59,918 nt of DNA from Syntrophaceae bacterium UBA1062. GTDB lineage: Bacteria; Desulfobacterota; Desulfomonilia; UBA1062. Below the pieces are notes generated by a model. The model made no database searches and was not told the DNA's origin. It worked only from the letters and a program-made list of their open reading frames with translations. The DNA lies in assembly GCA_002316295.1 (NCBI GenBank), contig DCDF01000173.1, positions 1-59,918 of the forward strand. The letters run 5' to 3'. The translations under genes were made by a program, and so were the position numbers. Within the stretch, counting starts at the first letter, position 1. The number at the start of each line of letters is the position of its first letter. Positions 46,458-55,156 of this stretch are shown in pieces.

Positions 46458-48668
46458 TCAATGGTGGGAGTACACTCCTTCCGCCTTCTCGGTTGTCTGG
46501 TGCAGATGCCCTTCGGCTCGCGGGGCGCTCAGATCCACCGCTCGTACCTGCCGTAAGAAGGGCCGCTCCGCGGTATGCGCCTTCATGATTGAGAACGACT
46601 TTCTTTCCTTGAACTCCTCCTTCTTCCCGTTGTTCCACTGCGCAACCGGCCTCAGATATCCCACCACCCGGGAGTAGACCTCGGTCGTCTCGCCGCACTG
46701 GGGGCAAGCGGGTTGATTTCCGGTGAGATATCCGTGACTCGGACAGACGCTGAATGTGGGGCTGAAGGTGAAGTAGGGCATTTTGTAGGTGTAGCAGATC
46801 TTTCTCACAAGGTTTTTGATCACCTCGGGATCTTCCACCTGCTCGCCTGCAAAGATGTGAAGCACGGTTCCGCCGGTGTACTTCGACTGAATCTCGTCCT
46901 GCAGGTCCATGGCCTCGAATATGTCGTCGGTGTAGTTCACCGGAAGCTGTGAAGAATTGGTGTAATACGGCTCCGCGCCTCTCCGGTAGGCCTCTTCGTT
47001 GGCGCAGATAATGTCCGGATATTTGCTCTTGTCGATCCTGGCCATGCGGTAAGAGGTGCCTTCGGCCGGTGTAGCTTCAAAATTGTAGTTGCTCCCGGTC
47101 TCTTTCTGCAGGGTGATGAGGCGGTCCCTGATGAAGTCGGCTACCTCCAGTGCGAACCTTCTCCCGGGCTCGCTTCCGATGTTCTCTCCCAGGAGATTCA
47201 GGCACGCCTCGTTCATCCCCAGGATCCCGATGGTGGAGAAGTGGTTCTTCCAGTATTCGCCGAATCGCTTCTTGATCCCGGTGAGGTAGTATTTGGTGTA
47301 GGGGTAGAGATTCGTTTCCGTGAAGTTCTCGAGGATCTTGCGCTTGATCTCGAGGCTCATGCTGGCCAACGTGATGAGATTGTCGAGGCGCTGGATGAAC
47401 TCTTCCTTGTCCCTGCTCAAATAGCCGATGCGGGGCAGGTTGATGGTGACCACGCCGATGGAGCCGGTCAGGGGGTTCGACCCGAACAGGCCCCCTCCCC
47501 TTACCTCCAGCTGGCGGTTGTCGATCCTCAGCCTGCAGCACATGCTCCGCGCATCCTCGGGGTCCATGTCCGAGTTGATGAAGTTCGAGAAATAAGGGAC
47601 GCCGTATTTCGCCGTCATCTTCCAGAGATTGGAGATATAGGGGCTGTCCCAGTTGAAATCCCGGGTGATGTTATAGGTCGGGATGGGGAATGTGAACACC
47701 CTGCCCTTTGCATCGCCCTCGGCCATCACCTCCACGAAGGCCTGGTTGAACAGATCCATCTCATGCTGATACTCACCGTAGGTGGTGTTCTGGACCTCGC
47801 CGCCGACGATCACGCCCTGGTCGGCCAGATACGAAGGAACCTCGAGGTCGAGCGTCACGTTGGTAAACGGCGTCTGGAAACCCACCCGGGTGGGAACATT
47901 GATATTGAAAATGAACTCCTGGAGCGACTGCTTCACCTGGGCGTAATCGAGCCCGTCGAACCTGATAAACGGGGCAAGCAGGGTGTCGAAGTTGGAAAAC
48001 GCCTGGGCGCCTGCGGCCTCGCCCTGCAGGGTGTAGAAGAAGTTTACGATCTGACCGAGCGCGGTTCGGAAATGCCTGGCCGGCTTGCTTTCCACCTTCC
48101 CCTGTGCGCCTTTGAAGCCCTGGAGCAGCAGGTCGTAGAGGTCCCACCCCACGCAGTACACCGAAATAATGTTGAGGTCGTGGATGTGGAAGTCGCCGTT
48201 TGAGTGGGCGCTACGCACCTCGGGCGGGTAGATCTTGTTGAGCCAGTAGAGCTTGCTGATCTCGGAGGAGAGATAATTGTTAAGGCCCTGAAGCGAGAAG
48301 GCCATGTTGCTGTTCTCGTTTACCTTCCAGTCGATCTTTGTCAGATACTGGTCGATCAGATCCACGCCCATGCCTGTCTTGATCTCGCGGATCTTGGCGT
48401 GCTGGTCACGGTATATGATGTAAGCCTTTGCCGTTCTGCGGTAGGGGGAAGAAAGCAGAACCTCCTCCACGATATCCTGGATCTCTTCCACCGAAGGCGT
48501 GTCCGCCAGGGTGCCCTGTGCGATGCTCAGAACCTTGAGCATCAGCCGGTGGGCCATATCCGGACCGAACTCTCCGGTGGCGGCTCCCGCCTTTGCGATC
48601 GCATTCGTGATCTTCGTGGCATTGAAAGACGCTAGTCTCCCATCGCGTTTTTTGATCTTGCTAAACAT
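46458..48668 (-). CDS. nrdD: Anaerobic ribonucleoside-triphosphate reductase (class III)
   Basis: 736 aa. Has an N-terminal ATP-cone (MFSKIKKRDGRLASFNATKITNAI), a C-terminal Zn ribbon (CPQCGE) and the glycyl-radical motif RVVGY. About 45 residues follow the usual end of the family. Confidence 0.93.
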   Translation of the reverse strand: MFSKIKKRDGRLASFNATKITNAIAKAGAATGEFGPDMAHRLMLKVLSIAQGTLADTPSVEEIQDIVEEVLLSSPYRRTAKAYIIYRDQHAKIREIKTGMGVDLIDQYLTKIDWKVNENSNMAFSLQGLNNYLSSEISKLYWLNKIYPPEVRSAHSNGDFHIHDLNIISVYCVGWDLYDLLLQGFKGAQGKVESKPARHFRTALGQIVNFFYTLQGEAAGAQAFSNFDTLLAPFIRFDGLDYAQVKQSLQEFIFNINVPTRVGFQTPFTNVTLDLEVPSYLADQGVIVGGEVQNTTYGEYQHEMDLFNQAFVEVMAEGDAKGRVFTFPIPTYNITRDFNWDSPYISNLWKMTAKYGVPYFSNFINSDMDPEDARSMCCRLRIDNRQLEVRGGGLFGSNPLTGSIGVVTINLPRIGYLSRDKEEFIQRLDNLITLASMSLEIKRKILENFTETNLYPYTKYYLTGIKKRFGEYWKNHFSTIGILGMNEACLNLLGENIGSEPGRRFALEVADFIRDRLITLQKETGSNYNFEATPAEGTSYRMARIDKSKYPDIICANEEAYRRGAEPYYTNSSQLPVNYTDDIFEAMDLQDEIQSKYTGGTVLHIFAGEQVEDPEVIKNLVRKICYTYKMPYFTFSPTFSVCPSHGYLTGNQPACPQCGETTEVYSRVVGYLRPVAQWNNGKKEEFKERKSFSIMKAHTAERPFLRQVRAVDLSAPRAEGHLHQTTEKAEGVYSHH

Positions 48669-48683
48669 TCACTCCCCCTCTTT

Positions 48684-48730
48684 ATACTAGATGTGGTGCT
48701 TTATGGAAAACTCCATACTATATATAGGTC
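48684..48730 (-). promoter_or_regulatory. Two NrdR-box-like sites upstream of nrdD
   Basis: ATACTAGATGTGGTGC (48684-48699) and ATACTATATATAGGTC (48715-48730, with the perfect palindromic core CTATATATAG). The start-to-start spacing is 31 bp, which matches the roughly 3-helical-turn tandem arrangement reported for NrdR boxes (consensus acaCwAtATaTwGtgt). Confidence 0.55.
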
Positions 48731-49026
48731 TCCTAAAAATATTTGCAAGGAGAAAAATGCTTATTCAGTGAAATCTTCGAGCCTTGGGAAGACCCTCTGT
48801 GAGAGCAGATAAAAAATGAATCCAGAGAGAAGAATTGAACAGATTCACGTTTCCGGTCATTTCCCTTTAGCTCCGGGAATCACAGGAACAATCGTTCACT
48901 GCAGAAACCGCTCCTGACCAGGCCTTTCCTTCCGGAGTTATGCAAGATCAGGACGTCTTCGGTGACGGGGCCGCATGAGCGGATGATTATCGGCCTTTGC
49001 CGCAGAGGCGGAGTCTCTTTCGATTG

Positions 49027-49052
49027 CAGGGGCAGCTCCTGGGCTGCCCCTG
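49027..49052 (-). terminator. Stable hairpin 9 nt after the fadD-like stop
   Basis: CAGGGGCAGC (49027-49036) pairs with GCTGCCCCTG (49043-49052) around a 6-nt loop. There is no clear U-tract. Confidence 0.35.
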
Positions 49053-49061
49053 GCGAACGTG

Positions 49062-50861
49062 TCATTCTTTGTACATTGCCTCGATCTCGCCGGCAAAGTT
49101 CTGGTTGATGATCTTTCGCTTTATCTTGAGCGTGGGTGTGAGCTCGCCGGATTCGATGCTGAATTCCCTGGGCAGCAGAGTGAATTTGCGGATCTGCTCG
49201 ACGCGGGCGTAATCCTTCATGAGTGTCTTGATTTTCTCGTCAAAGAAGGAGACGATCTCGGGCTTTCTGATCAGATCGGCCTTGTCGTCGAAAGGTATTC
49301 CCTGATTCTTGGCATATGAGATCAGCTCGGAGAAGTTGGGGATGATCAGGGCGCTCAGGTATTTCCTCCCCTCCCCGATCACGATGGCCTGTTCGATGAA
49401 GGGGTCGGTGACCAGGGTGTTTTCGATGTTCTGCGGGGCAACGTTCTTGCCGCCCGCAGTGATGATGATGTCCTTCTTGCGGTCTGTGATGTAGAGACAT
49501 CCGCGCTCGTCCAGCCGGCCGATGTCGCCTGTCATGAACCAGCCGTCAGCGGTGAAGGTCGCCTTGGTGTCGTCCGGCTTGTTGAAGTAGCCTTTCATCA
49601 CCTGTGGCCCCTTGATCAGTATCTCACCGTCTTCGGCGATCTTCACCTGGGTATCTGGTAAGGACGGGCCGACAGAGCCGAACTCGAAGACTTCAAAGGT
49701 GTTGACGTTGGTGACCGGAGAGGTCTCGGTGAGACCGTATCCGTTGTGGAGATTCACGCCGATGCCGTTGAAGAAGCGGTCGATATCGACGGCGAGCGCT
49801 CCGCCGCCGTTGATGAAGATTCTGATCCGGTCCATGCCCAAGGCATGCCTGAGCTTGGAGTAGATGAGACTCTCGGCGAGGTCGTACTGTATCTTGAGCG
49901 ACCAGGGCATGGGCTTGCGCTGTACCCGGTAGTCCACCGCCCTCATCGCCACGTCCACCGCCCAGAAGAACAGCTTCTTTTTGGTCGGGCTCGCCTTTTC
50001 CACCTTGGAGAAAATCCCGGCGTGGATCTTTTCGAAGAGTCTCGGCACGGATACCATGAGCGTCGGACGTATCTCGGTCATGTTTTCCATGACAGTGCCG
50101 AAGCTCTCCGCCAGGCTCAGGATCGCTCCGATGTGAAGCATCAGATATACGCTCACGGTCCTGCCCAGGGAATGGCTCCAGGGAAGAAGCGTGAGCGCCA
50201 CGTCCTGATGCCCGATGATGGGATGGGAGGCATAGCACTGGAGGATATTTGCCGTGAGGTTTGCGTGCGTGAGCATCACTCCCTTGGGCGGGCCGGTAGT
50301 GCCGGAGGTGTAGATGAGAGTGGCGAGAGCCTCCGGCTCAATAGAGAGCAGCCGCTCATCGAAGCTCTTCTTGTCCTTGTACTCCTCCCCCAGCTTGATG
50401 ACCTCGTCGAGCGAAATAATGTCCTTGTCGCCTGCCGAGATGGGGTCGAAGGTGATGATCTTCTTGAGCCCCTTGAGGGTGGACTTCACACCAAGGACCC
50501 TGTTCAGGTGATCCTGATCGGAGACGAACAGGAATCTCGAGCCCGAGTCGTTGATGATGTATGCCGCCTCCTCTCCGGAGTTCGTGGCATAAATGGGCGC
50601 GTCCGCGGCGCCGATGGAGAGGCTTGCGAGGTCCGCAACCAGCCACTGCCAGCAGTTCTCGGAGAAGATCGTGACGATATCGTCCTTTTCCACTCCCAGA
50701 GAGATGAGGCCCAGGCCCAGATTGGTGACCATACGCTGCATCTCTTTCCAGCTGATGTCCGTGTATCTGCCCTCTTTCTTGTACCGTACACAGGGTTCAT
50801 ACTGATATTTTTCCGCCCTGTTGTGAAAAATACCCGCGATGCTTTTTTCAGAATAACCCAT
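49062..50861 (-). CDS. fadD: Long-chain-fatty-acid--CoA ligase (AMP-forming)
   Basis: 599 aa. Has the AMP-binding motif YTSGTTGPPKGVMLTH, the GYGLTE and TGD motifs, and the extended C-terminus of the long-chain FACS type. Confidence 0.85.
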   Translation of the reverse strand: MGYSEKSIAGIFHNRAEKYQYEPCVRYKKEGRYTDISWKEMQRMVTNLGLGLISLGVEKDDIVTIFSENCWQWLVADLASLSIGAADAPIYATNSGEEAAYIINDSGSRFLFVSDQDHLNRVLGVKSTLKGLKKIITFDPISAGDKDIISLDEVIKLGEEYKDKKSFDERLLSIEPEALATLIYTSGTTGPPKGVMLTHANLTANILQCYASHPIIGHQDVALTLLPWSHSLGRTVSVYLMLHIGAILSLAESFGTVMENMTEIRPTLMVSVPRLFEKIHAGIFSKVEKASPTKKKLFFWAVDVAMRAVDYRVQRKPMPWSLKIQYDLAESLIYSKLRHALGMDRIRIFINGGGALAVDIDRFFNGIGVNLHNGYGLTETSPVTNVNTFEVFEFGSVGPSLPDTQVKIAEDGEILIKGPQVMKGYFNKPDDTKATFTADGWFMTGDIGRLDERGCLYITDRKKDIIITAGGKNVAPQNIENTLVTDPFIEQAIVIGEGRKYLSALIIPNFSELISYAKNQGIPFDDKADLIRKPEIVSFFDEKIKTLMKDYARVEQIRKFTLLPREFSIESGELTPTLKIKRKIINQNFAGEIEAMYKE

Positions 50862-51324
50862 GTCGCCCTCCTTAAGTGTCGTAAAGGTTTCTCTTCTCGT
50901 TTATGAAACGCTCACAGGATCATCCCGCCAATGTGTCCCGATGGTCCGATCCCGGGAATTCGATCTGGAATGGTGATTTGCATAAGGAATTGATATTCCG
51001 TCTTTCCCGATAGAACAGACCATAAAGAGAGAAAACAAAAAACGGTCTTATGTTCCTCATTCCCCATGCCCGTCATGAACACTGTGTACGAACGAAATAC
51101 CTCGATAAGCAAAAGCGCAATCAGCGGTGATTACCCGGCAGCCCTCATCCTCTCGTTCTCGCATCCGGCATGGATCGCCGTTCGAGAGCGCTTCTCTTGT
51201 ATATCATTTTGAATGATTCATCAATCACTTTTCCAGAATTTCCGATGGATTGCGTACCGGGAGCCGGGGCGGGCGTTTCAGTGGTTGCTATAAATCTCTT
51301 CTCCCTTTATTATATTACGGTAGT

Positions 51325-52167
51325 ATGAAACATGCGCTGACGATAGATGTGGAAGAATATTTCCAGATCCATGCTTTTTCGTGCGTCATTCCCACCGGCT
51401 CGTGGGACAGCTATCCCTCCGCCGTGGAGATCAACACGGAGCGGATTCTCGATCTCCTCGATGAACAGGGCGTTTCAGCGACATTTTTCTGTCTGGGCTG
51501 GATAGCCGAACGCAACAGGGAGCTTATCCGGTCCATCCACAAGCGAGGACATGAGGTGGCATGCCACGGACACATGCACCAGGTCATATCGAATCAGGAC
51601 CCTGCCGCGTTTCGTGAAGATGTCGCCAGGGCGAAGGACATCCTCGAAGACTGCATCGGCCGAAGCGTGATCGGCTATCGCGCCCCCACCTATTCAATCA
51701 CCAGTCGAACCCTATGGGCGCTCGATATCCTGGAAGATCTGGGGTTCAGATACGATTCAAGCATTTTCCCCATCTATCACGACAACTACGGCATTCCCGA
51801 CGCGCCTCGTATTCCTCACAGGCTCCGGCACAGCTCCATGGTGGAGTTCCCCATCTCGACGTTCAGGATCGGCTCGGTCAACCTGCCTGTTTCGGGCGGC
51901 GGCTACTTCAGGCTCCTGCCCTATTTCGTCACCCGATCGGCGCTCAGATCCATCCAGAGGCTTGGACAGCCGTTCGTATTCTACATCCACCCATGGGAGC
52001 TCAACCCTGAGACACCGAGGATCACAGAGGCGCCCGCGCTGTCCAGGTTCAGGACCTACATCGGCATCAATCGTTCATTCTCGAGATTCCGGCGCCTGCT
52101 TCAGGATTTCGATTTTACCACAGTCCATGAAGTACTCAAAGACTGCGGACTTGCGGTGGCGGCCTGA
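51325..52167 (+). CDS. Polysaccharide deacetylase family protein with a DUF3473-like C-terminus (the type linked to PEP-CTERM/exosortase EPS loci)
   Basis: Starts at MKHALTIDVEEYFQ. Has a NodB-like core (FFCLGWIAE, HGHMH) and C-terminal GGGYFRLLPY...FYIHPWEL. Confidence 0.8.
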   Translation: MKHALTIDVEEYFQIHAFSCVIPTGSWDSYPSAVEINTERILDLLDEQGVSATFFCLGWIAERNRELIRSIHKRGHEVACHGHMHQVISNQDPAAFREDVARAKDILEDCIGRSVIGYRAPTYSITSRTLWALDILEDLGFRYDSSIFPIYHDNYGIPDAPRIPHRLRHSSMVEFPISTFRIGSVNLPVSGGGYFRLLPYFVTRSALRSIQRLGQPFVFYIHPWELNPETPRITEAPALSRFRTYIGINRSFSRFRRLLQDFDFTTVHEVLKDCGLAVAA

Positions 52168-52187
52168 TGCCGCGGTCAGGACTCCGG

Positions 52188-52214
52188 GCACTGAAGCGCT
52201 CAGTGCAGGGTTTT
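52188..52214 (+). terminator. Terminator-like hairpin after the deacetylase gene
   Basis: GCACTGA (52188-52194), loop AGCGC, then TCAGTGC (52200-52206), followed by AGGGTTTT. Confidence 0.4.
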
Positions 52215-52328
52215 CGGAAACCGCTTGAATGCGGGACAGAGCGACTCACGGAAGTGACGATGCAACGCGTGGGTGACGGCGCCATCACGTTTTTGCAGAT
52301 GCTATCTCCCGCCGGAGAGAAAATCCCA

Positions 52329-52357
52329 TTGAAATTATCATTTTTGCTTTATAAGAT
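52329..52357 (+). promoter_or_regulatory. Candidate sigma70-type promoter of the ACP-ligase-PP-loop operon
   Basis: TTGAAA (52329-52334), a 17-nt spacer, then TAAGAT (52352-52357), about 40 nt upstream of the ACP ATG. Confidence 0.4.
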
Positions 52358-52398
52358 GCCGATAGCTTGTGCACAGAGAATGTTTACGCGAGGATGAG

Positions 52399-52650
52399 AT
52401 GTCAGATGTACTGAAGAATGTCGTAGATTTCATCAAAGAGAATTTCATTATGGGCAGATCCGATGCATGCATCGATCCGGACGAGTCCCTGATAGAAAGC
52501 GGCATCATGGATTCAACCGGCGTGCTCGAACTCGTGGAATTCCTCGAGGCGACCTATGAAATTCAGATCCAGGACGAAGAGCTGATCCCGGAAAACCTCG
52601 AGACCGTCAACAATATCGTCAATTTCCTGAAAACCAAAGGAATCTCTTAG
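52399..52650 (+). CDS. Acyl/peptidyl carrier protein
   Basis: 83 aa with the SD GAGGA. The phosphopantetheine attachment context is SGIMDSTGVLELVEFLE. Confidence 0.85.
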   Translation: MSDVLKNVVDFIKENFIMGRSDACIDPDESLIESGIMDSTGVLELVEFLEATYEIQIQDEELIPENLETVNNIVNFLKTKGIS

Positions 52651-54158
52651 TGGCCGGACTCGTCCACCAGTTCCTTGAAACATCTGCAGGCGTTTATCCG
52701 GACAAGACAGCCCTGCTGGACGGAGAACTGGAAGCAACGTATTCGGAGATCGATTCCCTTGCCAACAGGCTTGCGCGCCTGCTCACTCTCCATGGGCTTC
52801 AGAAGGGGGACCGGGTCCTCATGATCATGGAGAACTCACTGAAGAGCGTAGTGGGCTATTACGGCGTGCTGAAGGCCGGCGGGGTGTGCGTCGAGGTCCC
52901 GGAAAGGACTACGGGCGCCGAGGCGTCATATTATATCCAGAACTCGGGAGCGAAGATCTGCATTCTGTCGTCCTCGAGTGCGAAGCGGCTCAGCGATATC
53001 GATGTGCCCTGTGTCATCGGCCCTGATGTGGACCTGATCAACGGGAGCATCACGCGCCTCACGTGGAGCGACGTCAAGGCGATGCCGGACAGAGCGCCCG
53101 AGAACCGCGTAACCGAGTGCGACCTGGCTGCGATCGTCTACACCTCTGGAAGCACCGGCAGGCCTAAGGGCGTCATGCTCACGCACAAGAATATCTGCAC
53201 CAACACGGCCTCCATTGTCTCCTATTTGAATCTGACCGAGGCCGACAGGGTCATGGCGGTGCTCCCCTTCTACTACGTCTACGGAAAGACCCTGCTGAAC
53301 ACCCATTTCATGGTGGGCGGCTCTGTGGTCGTCAACAACCGCTTCGCCTTTCCCAATTCCGTGGTCAAGGACATGTCTGACAAGGAAGTGACGGGCTTTG
53401 CCGGTGTTCCATCGACATTCGCCATCCTTCTGAACCGATCGGTGTTTCCGAAAACACGCATTCCGAGCCTGAGGTATATCACCCAGGCGGGAGGAGCCAT
53501 GGCGCCCGCACTGACCAAGCGTCTTCTGGACTGCATCGGAAGCACTTCCCTCTATATCATGTACGGCGCCACCGAGGCTTCAGCCCGGCTCACCTACCTG
53601 CCGCCGGAGAGGCTTCTCCGTGACAAGCTCGGTTCCGTCGGGATCCCGATCCCGCAGGTCGAGATCACCATCCGCGACGAGAGCGGAAGGGTTCTGGGCC
53701 CGCATGAGGTGGGGAACATCTGCGCAACGGGCGATAATATTATGATGGGTTACTGGAAGGACACCGAGGAAACCAGGAAGGTCCTGAAGCCGTGGGGCCT
53801 CGTAACAGGAGACCTGGGCCACAAGGACGAAGAAGGGTTCATCTTCCTGACCGGAAGAAAGAAGGAAATGCTCAAGATCGGCGGCGAACGGGTGTCTCCG
53901 AAGGAAATCGAGGACGCGATCGTGGAATCCGGAATGGTTCACGAGGTGGCCGTGATCGGGAGGCCCGACGAGTATCTCTCCGAGGTGCCGGAGGCGTTTC
54001 TGGTGCCCCTGGACGAAAAATCGTTCGATCTCGACATGCTGAGGGCCTTTATCGGGCAGCGGCTTGCCTCTCATAAGCACCCCAGACATTTCAACATCGT
54101 GAGGTCCCTGCCCAAGAAGCCTTCGGGCAAGATAGACAAGGAGGCGCTGAAGAGATGA
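52650..54158 (+). CDS. AMP-dependent synthetase/ligase (adenylate-forming; carrier-protein or CoA ligase)
   Basis: The GTG start overlaps the ACP stop (TAGTG). Has the motifs YTSGSTGRPKGVMLTH, YGATE, TGD and the C-terminal K of the ANL superfamily. Confidence 0.88.
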   Translation: MAGLVHQFLETSAGVYPDKTALLDGELEATYSEIDSLANRLARLLTLHGLQKGDRVLMIMENSLKSVVGYYGVLKAGGVCVEVPERTTGAEASYYIQNSGAKICILSSSSAKRLSDIDVPCVIGPDVDLINGSITRLTWSDVKAMPDRAPENRVTECDLAAIVYTSGSTGRPKGVMLTHKNICTNTASIVSYLNLTEADRVMAVLPFYYVYGKTLLNTHFMVGGSVVVNNRFAFPNSVVKDMSDKEVTGFAGVPSTFAILLNRSVFPKTRIPSLRYITQAGGAMAPALTKRLLDCIGSTSLYIMYGATEASARLTYLPPERLLRDKLGSVGIPIPQVEITIRDESGRVLGPHEVGNICATGDNIMMGYWKDTEETRKVLKPWGLVTGDLGHKDEEGFIFLTGRKKEMLKIGGERVSPKEIEDAIVESGMVHEVAVIGRPDEYLSEVPEAFLVPLDEKSFDLDMLRAFIGQRLASHKHPRHFNIVRSLPKKPSGKIDKEALKR

Positions 54159-55156
54159 GTATCTGCTCGCGATGCGTTCTGCCGGATACCTTTCCCGGTA
54201 TCTCGTTCGATGACCAAGGGGTCTGCAACTACTGCAGGAATATGCCGGTGCCGGACAGCGACGAAAAACAGGCTTACCGGAAAAAATTCGAAGACCTGCT
54301 CGAGAACAGGAGAACCAGTGACTCCTTCGATGTGCTGCTCGCATACAGCGGAGGCAAGGACTCGACCTATACGCTCTACCTCCTGACAAAAAAATTCAAT
54401 CTCAAGGTGCTGGCCTTTGTCTTCGACAACGGCTTCATCTCAGAGCAGGCCATGAAGAATATCAAGCACATGACCGATACTCTCGGCGCGGCGTGCACGG
54501 TATTCAGACCGCCCTTTCACCTCATGCAGAAAGTCTTCGGGCTCGCCGCCGGCCATGATATCTACAGCCCCAAGACCCTGGATCGCGCGAGCTCCATCTG
54601 CACCACGTGCATCGGGATGGTCAAGGCCATGATCCTCAAGACCGCACTTTCCTACCGCATCCCACTGGTGGCATTCGGCTGGTCTCCCGGACAGGCCCCC
54701 ATCAGCTCGGCCATCATGCAGACCAATCCGAGGCTGCAGAGGTTTTCGCACCGTTCTGTGCGGGACCCGCTCATCGATCTCGCCGGAGCCGAGGTGAGGC
54801 CCTTTTTCCTGAGCGATGGAGACCTCGCCGTCGATCCTTCTCGCTGGCCGGTGAACATCCATCCCCTGGCCTTCATGGAATACGACGAAGACGCAATTGT
54901 CGAAACAATCTCATCGCTGGGATGGGTGAAGCCGCTGGACACCGATCCCAACTCCACCAACTGCCTGCTGAACGCGCTGGCGAACCATCTGCACCGGAAG
55001 CGCTTCAAGTTCCATCCCTATGCGTGGGAAATTGCCGGTATTGTCAGGTCGGGATGCATGGACAGAGACCAGGGGTTCGCCAAGGTCAACCAGGAAGAAG
55101 ACCGGAACATGGTGAACTACGCCGCCCGGATATTAGGGATTGACCCCGGGCTCTGA
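54155..55156 (+). CDS. PP-loop ATP pyrophosphatase with an N-terminal Cys4 zinc ribbon (N-acetyl sugar amidotransferase-like)
   Basis: The ATG overlaps the ligase stop (ATGA). Has CSRCVLPDTFPGISFDDQGVCNYC followed by the PP-loop LAYSGGKDST. Confidence 0.7.
   Translation: MSICSRCVLPDTFPGISFDDQGVCNYCRNMPVPDSDEKQAYRKKFEDLLENRRTSDSFDVLLAYSGGKDSTYTLYLLTKKFNLKVLAFVFDNGFISEQAMKNIKHMTDTLGAACTVFRPPFHLMQKVFGLAAGHDIYSPKTLDRASSICTTCIGMVKAMILKTALSYRIPLVAFGWSPGQAPISSAIMQTNPRLQRFSHRSVRDPLIDLAGAEVRPFFLSDGDLAVDPSRWPVNIHPLAFMEYDEDAIVETISSLGWVKPLDTDPNSTNCLLNALANHLHRKRFKFHPYAWEIAGIVRSGCMDRDQGFAKVNQEEDRNMVNYAARILGIDPGL

Noticed and set aside
51200-51230. TGAATGATTCATCAATCA, which resembles a Fur box, in the fadD/deacetylase divergent region.
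   Set aside because: Only the AATGAT core and a 5-1-5 palindrome (TGAAT-G-ATTCA) match. Alignment to the 19-bp Fur consensus needs an indel, and neither flanking gene is iron-related.
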